The position numbers and the translations under genes are program-made. The notes under the pieces are model-generated. The model was not told where the DNA came from, made no database searches, and saw only the letters and a list, made by a program, of their open reading frames with translations. 29,526 bases of DNA from assembly GCA_030619825.1 (NCBI GenBank), contig JAUXAS010000004.1:1-29526 (forward strand), written 5' to 3'. This DNA comes from Hadesarchaea archaeon (GTDB lineage: Archaea; Hadarchaeota; Hadarchaeia; Hadarchaeales; Hadarchaeaceae). This document shows, one piece after another, positions 16,953-25,332 of this stretch (positions are counted from its first letter, which is position 1; every line of letters starts with the position of its first letter).

Positions 16953-17765
16953 ATGATCGAAAAGGAAATCTGGGCAACCTACTGCAAGCTCTATGGCGAG
17001 TTTGGCGAGGGGCCGGTCAGCGTACCTGAGGTGCTCAAACGTATCAAAATCTCACCTCCCATGTGTAAGAAGGCCTTCTGGGTGCTCAAGCAAAAGGGGC
17101 TGTTGGAGCGCCTAGGACGGGAAAACCGAAGGGTAAAATTTAGAGTGGTGCCCCCGCGCGAAGCAGGGATGCGGCTTGCGCTTAAGCATCCTGACGTGAG
17201 GTTCCGGGAAATCATGAATTTCTTCGCCGCGATAAAGGGGCTTGACTGGTATGTAGTAGGCACGACCGCCCTCAACTACCACGCCCCCTACCACGCTCCG
17301 ACGATCGAGCTGGCGAGCAAACACCCGATGCAGCTAAGGAAAAAGGTGACGAGGTTCGGGCACATTCGCTCGCAAGTCAGCAATGAGGTGGCGGTCGAGT
17401 TTGAGGAAGCCGAGCTGGAGGGCATCCACTTCAAGATATCCTCGGTTGAAGATGCGGTGATCCAGGCCTATGCCAACTACCCCAACACGCCCATCAGCGT
17501 TTCGGGCTTAGACTACATGGCCGCGATAGCGATGAGAGCAAAAGGTGAGCACCTCAACGCTGAGAGGTTCAAGGAACTACCACCAGAGGCGAGAAAACAC
17601 CTAAGGCGGGTGATGGCACACCTAAACTTCAAGCGGAATCTCATCAAGGAGCCGCCAACGGACGAAGTCGAGGAGGAAGCTTGGCGGAGGCAGTTTGCGG
17701 ATGCGCGGGGGAAAGTGGTCGACATGGTTGATACGCTCAGCTTGGGGGCAGTCGTGTGGATGTAA
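16953..17765 (+). CDS. wHTH-containing AbiEi-like antitoxin/regulator
   Basis: N-terminal wHTH (KAFWVLKQKGLLERLGR), YVVGTTALNYH and ISSVEDAVI resemble AbiEi C-terminal patterns. Overlaps an NTase gene. Confidence 0.55.
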   Translation: MIEKEIWATYCKLYGEFGEGPVSVPEVLKRIKISPPMCKKAFWVLKQKGLLERLGRENRRVKFRVVPPREAGMRLALKHPDVRFREIMNFFAAIKGLDWYVVGTTALNYHAPYHAPTIELASKHPMQLRKKVTRFGHIRSQVSNEVAVEFEEAELEGIHFKISSVEDAVIQAYANYPNTPISVSGLDYMAAIAMRAKGEHLNAERFKELPPEARKHLRRVMAHLNFKRNLIKEPPTDEVEEEAWRRQFADARGKVVDMVDTLSLGAVVWM

Positions 17766-18385
17766 AGCTGAGGGGCTTAATTGCCGAGTTCGTCGAGAGG
17801 ATGCAGGGAAGAAAATTTACATTCGTCGGAGCAGTGGCCGTGCAAGCGTATGGAATATTCAAAAGGACTTTGGATATGGACCTCATCACCAATGACTCCT
17901 CAGATTTTGAATCCGCCTGTTTATCCTTGGTTGGGATGGACTTCAAAGAGACAAAACCTCTCGGAGGGTTTGCACCGGGTTTTGCGAAATGGGGGTGGCA
18001 GCACGGCAGGATTGGGGCGGATGTCATGTTCAAGAGGCTTTGGTTTCGCGCCAAAGTACGCGGCAAGCTCATCGAGCAGAAGATCACACCCGACGAGGAA
18101 TTCTGGCGCGACATCAAGTTTCGGGGGGCTGAAGTCTTCGGCGTCGACATCCCTGTGCCGAAGCCCGTGGACTTGGCCGTGTTCAAGGCTGCGTCGAGCG
18201 CCTCCCCCTGCAGGAGCCCGCTGAAAGCCCCGCACGACCGGGAGCATGTCATAAAGCTGATGCGACGCTTCAAGATTTCGCGCGAGGACCTGAGAAAACG
18301 GGCACGAGCGATGGGCTGCCTCAAGCTGGTCGAGCGATTTTTGGCGTCTCACGAGATCAGCGGGAGTACCTCGTCAAGCACGTAA
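17756..18385 (+). CDS. Pol-beta-superfamily nucleotidyltransferase (AbiEii-like toxin)
   Basis: FVGAVAVQAYG..RTLDMDLI motif, and PVPKPVDLAVFK...HD. Confidence 0.7.
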   Translation: MDVKLRGLIAEFVERMQGRKFTFVGAVAVQAYGIFKRTLDMDLITNDSSDFESACLSLVGMDFKETKPLGGFAPGFAKWGWQHGRIGADVMFKRLWFRAKVRGKLIEQKITPDEEFWRDIKFRGAEVFGVDIPVPKPVDLAVFKAASSASPCRSPLKAPHDREHVIKLMRRFKISREDLRKRARAMGCLKLVERFLASHEISGSTSSST

Positions 18386-19053
18386 TCCACGAACTCGCGC
18401 TGCTCGATCCGGCTGAACAGCGTCACCACGCAGTTCCGGGTTATCCCGACCACCAACCCGCGCTTTTGTACCTCAAATACTGCATACCAGATCTTGCTGT
18501 GCTCTAGATAATCGCGGTAGAGTTTGGTATCGGCAAGCGCTGACCCGGCGAGCGCGAGCTTTCCCACGTTTGGGATGTCCACTTCATCAAACCAGATCAG
18601 CTTGGTGGCGCGGGGATTTGACTCGTGAAGATTCTTTAGAGTTTCGTGGGTGATTTTCGTTTCGACGATTGCTCCCGTTTTGATAAACAGGATTTCGCTG
18701 AGCTTGTTCGCCACGTAGTCCGTCAGCAGCTTCTTCACCCCGCGGGCCTTTGAAGGCGCGAGCACGACTAGGAAGGTTCGCCCTTTTGAACGCTTGATCT
18801 TAAAGGGGACCTCCTCTGTCACTAAGGTTTCAACCAGCCCACGTTTATAGTAGCGGCTGAGCATGAAGTCCCTGCTGAAGATCCCCACCAGCGAGTCGCC
18901 CTCCAGCTTCAGGTCCAAAATTTCCATCGTGAGCTTCTCACGCTTTCCCTCGCGCTCGTAGGGCTCTTCCTCGCCGAAGTCCTTGAGCTTCCGGGCTATC
19001 ACTCCCAGCTCAAGCGGCTCTCGGACCTCGAATATTTTGGCTACCAGCACCAC
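18349..19053 (-). CDS. Hypothetical protein divergent from the SMC-like operon
   Basis: 234-aa ORF with host-like codon use and a GGAAGGTGG RBS. Shares a 61-bp AT-rich divergent intergenic region with the SMC-like gene. Confidence 0.8.
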   Translation of the reverse strand: MVLVAKIFEVREPLELGVIARKLKDFGEEEPYEREGKREKLTMEILDLKLEGDSLVGIFSRDFMLSRYYKRGLVETLVTEEVPFKIKRSKGRTFLVVLAPSKARGVKKLLTDYVANKLSEILFIKTGAIVETKITHETLKNLHESNPRATKLIWFDEVDIPNVGKLALAGSALADTKLYRDYLEHSKIWYAVFEVQKRGLVVGITRNCVVTLFSRIEQREFVDYVLDEVLPLIS

Positions 19054-19114
19054 TTAGGCCACCTTCCAAACTTAAATGCGGGAGGGCTTTAAAGTTTGAA
19101 GCCCCAAATTTAAA

Positions 19115-21037
19115 ATGATGGAAATGACTAAAAGCGCCTTAATCCGGGAGATAATCCTGGAAAACTTCATGAGCTATCAATATGCTCGAATCCCCTTCAA
19201 ACCGGGGCTCAACCTAGTGTGCGGTCCAAACGGCGCCGGGAAATCATCGATCCTGTTGGGGCTGGCGGTGGCCCTCGGGCAGACCTACACCGAGCGCTCG
19301 CGGAGGCTCGGGGACCTCATTCGCCGGGGGGAGGATCTCGGGCGGGTGAGCGTAGTTTTCGACAACTCCTCCTACGATGGAAAGCGCCCAATCCCCAGCA
19401 TAAACTCGGACACCCTCGTGCTCTCCCGCTATCTCAACCGCGACGGGACCTACTGGCACGAGGCCAACAACCGGACGGTGATGAAGGGTGAGGTTCTCAG
19501 GCTGCTCGGGCGACTTTCCATCAACCCCGACAACATGATCATCATCATGCACCAGAACATGATCGATGTCTTCGGTGCAATAGATGCCCGCGAGCGGCTC
19601 AAGCTCGTCGAGGAGGCGGTGGGGATCCGGGAGTACCGGGAGCGAATCCTCGAGGCGTGCGAGAAGCTTTCGCACACGCTCAGCGAGGAGGAGTCGATCC
19701 GGAGCCTGCTCGAGAAAGCCCAAGAGACGCTCCGCTACTGGGAGGGTGAGTACGGGCGATTCCAGCGCAAGCGCGAACTCGGGGAGCGTAAGCGCGAGCT
19801 CGAGCTCGAGTACGCGTGGGCGAAGTGCATCCGGCAGGAGGAGGCTGTCGAGAACCTCCGCGGAAAGCTCGATGGGCTACGGGCCGAACTGCAAGAAATC
19901 GAGGGGGAACTGAACGAGAGCTCGAAGCGCGGAGAAGAGCTCGAGGCTAAGCTTAAGGAGCTGGAATTCGGGCTCGATGCTTCCTACCAACGACTCATCA
20001 CCCACGAGCGGGCCCACGCCGAAACCGAGGCGCGAGCCAAACTAATCGAAAGTTTCAACACCTCCCTCCGCTCGTCTGTGGGGACCGGTCTGGAGAAGTT
20101 GCTCGAGGACCTAAGTACTGAGCTGGAGCGGGCGAAGGAAGGCATGAAGGAGGCGGATGCCAAAGCGAAGGAGGTTAAATCTGAACTCGTCGGGGTCAAG
20201 GGGAAGCTGGAAAAAACTAGGGAGGCCCACGTGAACTCACGCGTCCACACCGCCGTGCTCGGGTTCCGCCGCGAGTTGTTCGAGCGGGACATCTCAAGTG
20301 CCCAGTCCGAACTCAGGCGAGCGCGCCGCGAGCTAGAGGGACTTGAGCAGGAGGCACGCCAAGTTGGCGAGCGGATCGAGACCCAGCGGAAGCCCCAAGA
20401 GGTCCTCGATGACCTGAAGCTCACAAACATGCAGCTGGCGAGCCTCGCTGATGTATCCCCCGACGTCGAGCGGATGTATCTCAGCTACAAGGGCACCCTA
20501 AAGGAGCTGGAGGCGAAAGCCGAGGTGGCTGCGGCCAACCGGCAGCGGGCACTCGATGAGCTCGAGCTCAGGAAACAAAAGTGGTCGAGCGAGCTCAGCA
20601 AGTTGATGCAGGAGGTCCGGGGCAGCTACCAAGAGATCCTGAAGCGGGTCAACGCGAGCGGTGACATCAACCTGGCAAATGCCCACGATATCGAGGAGGC
20701 GGGGCTGGAGCTTCTCGTTGGGTTCCGCGGGAGCGAGCCCCAAGTGCTCAATGCCTACACCCAGAGCGGCGGGGAGCGCACGACCGCCCTGATGTGCTTC
20801 CTGCTCGCACTGCAGCAGCGAATCCAATCACCCATCCGAGCGGTGGATGAGTTCGAAACCCATTTGGACCCTCGCAATCGGGAGGCGATCCTGCAGGGAA
20901 TCGTGGAGTTCATGAAGGGCGAAGGGACGCAATACATCGTGATCACCCCAGGGCAGCTCATCAACGTAAAAGGGGTCTTAAACGTGATCACCGTCCAGAA
21001 TACCGCGGGGGTCTCGCGGGTGAAGGTGGCTGCATAG
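19115..21037 (+). CDS. Short Smc5/6-like ATPase (ClsN/arcadin-4 type)
   Basis: LENFMSY, Walker A GPNGAGKS, Q-loop MHQN, coiled coil, signature QSGGE, Walker B/D-loop VDEFETHLD. Only 640 aa, with no canonical hinge. Confidence 0.85.
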   Translation: MMEMTKSALIREIILENFMSYQYARIPFKPGLNLVCGPNGAGKSSILLGLAVALGQTYTERSRRLGDLIRRGEDLGRVSVVFDNSSYDGKRPIPSINSDTLVLSRYLNRDGTYWHEANNRTVMKGEVLRLLGRLSINPDNMIIIMHQNMIDVFGAIDARERLKLVEEAVGIREYRERILEACEKLSHTLSEEESIRSLLEKAQETLRYWEGEYGRFQRKRELGERKRELELEYAWAKCIRQEEAVENLRGKLDGLRAELQEIEGELNESSKRGEELEAKLKELEFGLDASYQRLITHERAHAETEARAKLIESFNTSLRSSVGTGLEKLLEDLSTELERAKEGMKEADAKAKEVKSELVGVKGKLEKTREAHVNSRVHTAVLGFRRELFERDISSAQSELRRARRELEGLEQEARQVGERIETQRKPQEVLDDLKLTNMQLASLADVSPDVERMYLSYKGTLKELEAKAEVAAANRQRALDELELRKQKWSSELSKLMQEVRGSYQEILKRVNASGDINLANAHDIEEAGLELLVGFRGSEPQVLNAYTQSGGERTTALMCFLLALQQRIQSPIRAVDEFETHLDPRNREAILQGIVEFMKGEGTQYIVITPGQLINVKGVLNVITVQNTAGVSRVKVAA

Positions 21038-21038
21038 G

Positions 21039-21833
21039 ATGCCGGGCGAGCGCCAAGAAACGCTGCTTCGGATAATCGACCTCTGCGACACAGTGCGGAA
21101 GCGCGGGCTCGACCCATTCGACGTCGAGGTCCGGGAGTTCTTCGACCGCCTTCGGGAGCTCCTGCCCAAGCTCCAAAAGCATGAAGAGTTCTACCTCGAC
21201 ATCCAAGCCGTACTCGGGCTCGCGGACGTGGTGTTCCAGCAGGGGGAGTGGATCAAGCACAAGTCGTCGATGCTCTACCTCGACCCGCTGCTGATCATGC
21301 TCAAGCTCCACGCGCTCCCGGCCAAGGATTTGGCGGGGGTACTAGCGCATGCTTGGCATCCCATCGTGCAGCTGGAGTCTCTCTCCCCCCACGGGATTAA
21401 GGAGGCGCAGGGGTACTGGACTAGCCTGCCCCCGCTAGAGGAGCGGTGGCGGGGGCTCGACACGACCGAAGTGCTGACTGGGGAAATCGGCCGCCGGGAG
21501 CTCGCGAGACTCGGGATCATCACCGAGGAGGACTTCGCGGCCGTGCTTGACCGGACTTGGCGAGAGCTCAAGGATGCGGCTGGGGAGCGGGGCGTGCTCT
21601 CTTACTGGGACTTTATCTCTAAACGGAGCTTCGAGGAGACCGTCGCGCGGGCTTGGCTCGTGAGCTTCCTCGTCAGCTACGGGTACGCCACGCTGGAGCT
21701 CAAGCCTCTCGAGGAGGAAATTTTGCTGAAGCCGCTAGCCAAGCCACGGGAGCTCGAGCGCGTTGTGACCTTCTCGGTCCCGATCGCGATCTCGCGCAGC
21801 GAGTGGCTTCAAAGGAGGCGGAAGAGTGGCTGA
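21039..21833 (+). CDS. ScpA-like kleisin
   Basis: N-terminal LDPFDVEV is the kleisin DP(W/F)D motif; C-terminal wHTH-like region (SFLVSYGY). Directly follows the SMC-like gene. Confidence 0.7.
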   Translation: MPGERQETLLRIIDLCDTVRKRGLDPFDVEVREFFDRLRELLPKLQKHEEFYLDIQAVLGLADVVFQQGEWIKHKSSMLYLDPLLIMLKLHALPAKDLAGVLAHAWHPIVQLESLSPHGIKEAQGYWTSLPPLEERWRGLDTTEVLTGEIGRRELARLGIITEEDFAAVLDRTWRELKDAAGERGVLSYWDFISKRSFEETVARAWLVSFLVSYGYATLELKPLEEEILLKPLAKPRELERVVTFSVPIAISRSEWLQRRRKSG

Positions 21834-22443
21834 GGGGCAAGACATCGTGGAGCTCCGCGAGAAGCTGGCACGGGCTGCCCAGCTCCTATTGTATAAACAC
21901 CACATGCAGCCGGGGGCAAAGGCGTGGGAGCTGAGGCGAGCCCTGGGGCGGGACTACGAGCAGGTCCTGAAGCTCTTCGACGCCGAGCTCGAGAAGCTCG
22001 GGCTGCAGGTGAAGCGGGTGAGCGAGGGTGAGACCAGCTCCGAATCCGACCGCTACTACGTGATCCTGCGCGGGCACCCAAAACTCACCGAGGTCCGGAC
22101 CTTCGGGTGGCGGATCGACGACATGGCCATGCTCACGGTCGCTCTCGCCCACATCCTCTCGAAGCGGGGAAAGGTCCCCCTCAAGGAGGTCGAGCGGATG
22201 CTTGAGGAGAAATTCCCGCGCTGGCGCATCGAGTCGACCCTCGACCGGTTCATCCGCAGGGGCTACCTCTCGGAGGACGATGAGGGGTTGCTCTACGTGG
22301 GATGGCGCGCGCGGGCCGAAATCGACCAGCGGACCCTGCTTGGGCTGCTGCTTGGAAAAGAAGAGAAACCCAGCGAAGCTGAGGCCGAGCCAAAAGTTGA
22401 AACCGAGAAAGAGGAAGAAACGGGGGAAAATGAAGTAAAATAA
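21826..22443 (+). CDS. Kite-type tandem winged-helix subunit (ScpB/Nse1-like)
   Basis: ELEKLGLQVK and LDRFIRRGYL...LYVGWRARAE. Overlaps the kleisin gene; acidic tail. Confidence 0.65.
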   Translation: MAEGQDIVELREKLARAAQLLLYKHHMQPGAKAWELRRALGRDYEQVLKLFDAELEKLGLQVKRVSEGETSSESDRYYVILRGHPKLTEVRTFGWRIDDMAMLTVALAHILSKRGKVPLKEVERMLEEKFPRWRIESTLDRFIRRGYLSEDDEGLLYVGWRARAEIDQRTLLGLLLGKEEKPSEAEAEPKVETEKEEETGENEVK

Positions 22444-22477
22444 GTTTTTAAAACTGAATGTCCGCAACTAGCTGAAA

Positions 22478-22924
22478 GTGAAAAGAATGGAGAAGCAAAC
22501 GCTCTTGCTCATCGGGCTAATCGGTGGCATTCTGGCGGTGGTCGGGGTCTTTTTGCCTTGGATAGGCCGAAGCTATATGGGTGGATGGTCAGCAGGAGGG
22601 TTGAGCGATTCTGGATGGAACCTGAGAACAACTCGGGTAATTTCTTTTTATTCCCCCTACCCCGCTTTGGCTGGAGGCATTATCGCTCTGTTGGGGGGCT
22701 TCGCGCTACTGAACGGGAAGAGACCCGTAGGCTTCTTGCTCCCGATAGGCGGGATAACCGCTATCGCTGGGGGGCTTTGGGGTTACTTCGATGTCAGCGC
22801 TTACCTATCGCGGGTCGTTACAATACCCGAGCTACATCTTAGTTCTAGCTACGGCTTTTACATCTGCATCGTCGGCGGAGTATTGGCCCTGATTGGTGGA
22901 ACGCTTAGCTTGAAGACGAAATAA
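22478..22924 (+). CDS. Integral membrane protein (about 4 TM)
   Basis: Four Gly-rich hydrophobic segments, with FLPW after TM1. Confidence 0.8.
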   Translation: MKRMEKQTLLLIGLIGGILAVVGVFLPWIGRSYMGGWSAGGLSDSGWNLRTTRVISFYSPYPALAGGIIALLGGFALLNGKRPVGFLLPIGGITAIAGGLWGYFDVSAYLSRVVTIPELHLSSSYGFYICIVGGVLALIGGTLSLKTK

Positions 22925-23009
22925 TGCAACACAGCATGGATTGAGCTTAATCTTTATATAGCTTCAAATGTTAGTTTCAAAATGATTCCCTGAAGGTAGG
23001 AGACAAACC

Positions 23010-23714
23010 ATGAGAGGGAGACAAGATTGGAAAGGTGAAATGCCGCCCGGATGGGCCGCAAAGGTTGCAGTTTCTATCGTAACTGGCGTTGGCTGGCTTA
23101 TCTTCCTCATATTGTTTTTGGTATTTTACGCGGAAGGCTTCAGCATTTACGAGAATTTAGGGATCGTGCTCGCACCGCTTCTCGTTATGTGCGCGATATT
23201 CGGTCCGATGTGGGCTTACTGGGGAATCAAAACTGGCCGCGCCCGGAAGAGGCCGCCCGGAGGGGCCGCAAGGGTTGCAGTTTCTATCGTAACTGGCGTT
23301 GGCTGGCTTATCTTCCTCATATTGTTTTTGGCATTTTACGCGGAAGGCTTCAGCATTTACGAGAATTTAGCGATCGTGCTCGCATCGCTCCTTGTCGTGG
23401 GCGCGATACGCGGTCCGATGTGGGCTTACTGGTGGATGAAAATTGGCCGCGCTCGGGAGAAGCCACCCGGATTGGCTCCAAGGGTTGCGGTTTCAACTGT
23501 GGTGGGCTGTGGCTGGCCGATTTTCCTCATACTGTTTTTGGCATTTTACACTGAAGGCTTTAGCGTTTACGAGAATTTAGCGATTGTTTTAGCATCGATT
23601 CTTGTTGTGTGTGTGATACTTTGTCCGATGTGGGTTTACTGGTGGTACAAAACCAGCCCTGCTTGGAAGAAGAAAATGAGAAATGCTTCGAAGAAGAAAA
23701 GGACAAGAAAATAA
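23010..23714 (+). CDS. Membrane protein made of three 70-aa tandem repeats
   Basis: 210-nt period (23061/23271/23481). Each unit has two TM helices, GWxIFLILFL.FY.EGFS.YENL. Confidence 0.85.
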   Translation: MRGRQDWKGEMPPGWAAKVAVSIVTGVGWLIFLILFLVFYAEGFSIYENLGIVLAPLLVMCAIFGPMWAYWGIKTGRARKRPPGGAARVAVSIVTGVGWLIFLILFLAFYAEGFSIYENLAIVLASLLVVGAIRGPMWAYWWMKIGRAREKPPGLAPRVAVSTVVGCGWPIFLILFLAFYTEGFSVYENLAIVLASILVVCVILCPMWVYWWYKTSPAWKKKMRNASKKKRTRK

Positions 23715-23768
23715 TCCCATAAATTTTTACTTGCACCACACTCATGCCCACCAGCCATTTTTAATTTG

Positions 23769-23806
23769 TGGTGCGGGGGTAGGGGTTTGAACCTAGATTT
23801 GTACCC
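23769..23806 (-). repeat. Degenerate tRNA-3'-end-like repeat, copy 3 (best preserved)
   Basis: Reverse complement gggtacaaatct-AGGTTCAAACCCCTACCCCCGCACCA gives a T-loop, an acceptor 3' strand and CCA, resembling archaeal tRNA-Leu ends. Confidence 0.65.
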
Positions 23807-24090
23807 ACAACCCCCAAGTTATGCTATCATCTTAAGAAAAAGGTATTAAATTCTATCAGGTAGATAATGACCCCACCAAGTTTACAGAACCGGTGGATGG
23901 TCGGGAATTACGTTGCCGCGCTAACTCTCCTCTCGACCATCAGGTCTATTTGAGCCTCCACATTCTTAACATCTCTGTGTTCAATATCCAAAATCTCGGC
24001 CATGGCGCGCTATTAAGAATCAGTCCTGAAGGTCCGCAATTTAGTTAGGAACCTTTAAAAAGAACACGTAGTAACACTATTGGGATCACA

Positions 24091-24681
24091 TTGCCGCGGA
24101 GAGCTAGAGGATCTTTGGAAACGAACAAAGCTCTGGGCGGTGTAGGAGCACTATTGATGGTAATAGGTCCCCTATCAGGGGCCTACACCGGCGTGCTTGG
24201 GCTGGTTGGCCTAATACTTGTACTGATAGCTTTGAAAAGATTATCTGATTATTACAATGCAAAAGGAATATTTAACAACGCACTTTATGGAACTATCATA
24301 GCAATAATAGGGGTAGTAGTTTTCGTGGCTGGGATTGTGGTGGCAGCCGTTGGTTTATTATCCGATCTGGGTATCGCTTGGGGTGACTGGGCAGGTCTTC
24401 AAGAGGTTGACTGGCAACCCGTGACCTGGGATATTATTGAGCCCCATATTGCAGTCATAATTGGAAGTTTGGTTGCGCTTTTCGTATTCGTTGTCGTCTC
24501 GGCCATTTTCTTGAGAAAATCATTAACGACCCTTTCCACGAAGACAGGGGTGAACATGTTTGGTACTGCAGGATTGTTAATGCTGATAGGTGCTGTCTTG
24601 ACTATAATCTTGATCGGTCTCATACTTATCTGGGTTGCTTTGATACTGCTTACTGTGGCATTCTTCTCGATCAAGACATAA
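24091..24681 (+). CDS. DUF996-family archaeal membrane protein
   Basis: LETNKALGGVGALL, LVGLILVLIALK.LSDYY...IFNN, L..KTGV..F.TAG, AFFSI. Start uncertain (TTG 24091 or 24115). Confidence 0.8.
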   Translation: MPRRARGSLETNKALGGVGALLMVIGPLSGAYTGVLGLVGLILVLIALKRLSDYYNAKGIFNNALYGTIIAIIGVVVFVAGIVVAAVGLLSDLGIAWGDWAGLQEVDWQPVTWDIIEPHIAVIIGSLVALFVFVVVSAIFLRKSLTTLSTKTGVNMFGTAGLLMLIGAVLTIILIGLILIWVALILLTVAFFSIKT

Positions 24682-24708
24682 TCCACTCAACCTACTTGTC
24701 AAAACCCA

Positions 24709-24744
24709 TGGTGCAGTACTGGGGGTTTGAATCCAAGTTTGTAC
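24709..24744 (-). repeat. Degenerate tRNA-3'-end-like repeat, copy 4
   Basis: tggtgcagtactgggggtttgaatccaagtttgtac, preceded by aaacc(c)a as in copy 2. Confidence 0.55.
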
Positions 24745-24840
24745 TATTTTTTGTGCAGAAATTGAATTATTGTGCAAAGCCAGATTGAGCTAAACTTTTA
24801 TATGACCTCAAAATTATTCCCTGATGGTAGGAGACAAACC

Positions 24841-25320
24841 ATGAGAGGGAAACATAAAGAGTGGAAAGGTGAAATGCCGCCCGGAGGGGCCGCAAGGGTT
24901 GCAGTTTCAATTGTGGTGGGCGTCGGCTGGCTGATCTTCCTCATATTGTTTTTGGCATTTTACGCGGAAGGCTTTGGCGTTTACCGGAACTTGGCGATCA
25001 TACTCATATCGCTTCTCGTTGTGGGCGCAATACTCGGTCCGATATGGGCTTCCTGGGCAATCAAAACTGGCCGCGCCCGGAAGAAGCGACCTGGCTTGGC
25101 CTCAAGGACTGCGGTTTCAACTGTGGTGGGTTGTGGCTGGCTAATCTTCTTCATATTGTTTTTGGCATTTTACGCGGAAGACTTTAGCATTTACCGGAAC
25201 TTGGCGATCATACTCGTATCGCTTCTCGTTGTTGGCGCGATCGAGGGCGCGATGTGGGCTCCCTGGGCAATGAAAACTGGCCGCGCCCGGAAGAAAAGGA
25301 TGAGAAAAAAAAGAAGATAG
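24841..25320 (+). CDS. Membrane protein with two 70-aa repeats; paralogue of 23010..23714
   Basis: Same 210-nt unit twice. The upstream region (ttccctga.ggtaggagacaaaccATGAGAGGGA) is also duplicated, which fixes the start at 24841. Confidence 0.85.
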   Translation: MRGKHKEWKGEMPPGGAARVAVSIVVGVGWLIFLILFLAFYAEGFGVYRNLAIILISLLVVGAILGPIWASWAIKTGRARKKRPGLASRTAVSTVVGCGWLIFFILFLAFYAEDFSIYRNLAIILVSLLVVGAIEGAMWAPWAMKTGRARKKRMRKKRR

Positions 25321-25332
25321 CTCAACCGCAAA

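Noticed and set aside
19115..22443. Wadjet (JetABCD) plasmid-defence system
   Set aside because: No Toprim-domain JetD is visible, and the ATPase is far shorter than JetC.
23769..23806. Intact tRNA gene
   Set aside because: Only the T-loop, acceptor 3' strand and CCA are recognisable; no D-arm, anticodon arm or matching 5' strand.
23908..24003. 31-aa minus-strand ORF (MAEILDIEHRDVKN...)
   Set aside because: Too short to assign and no recognisable family; may be a remnant.
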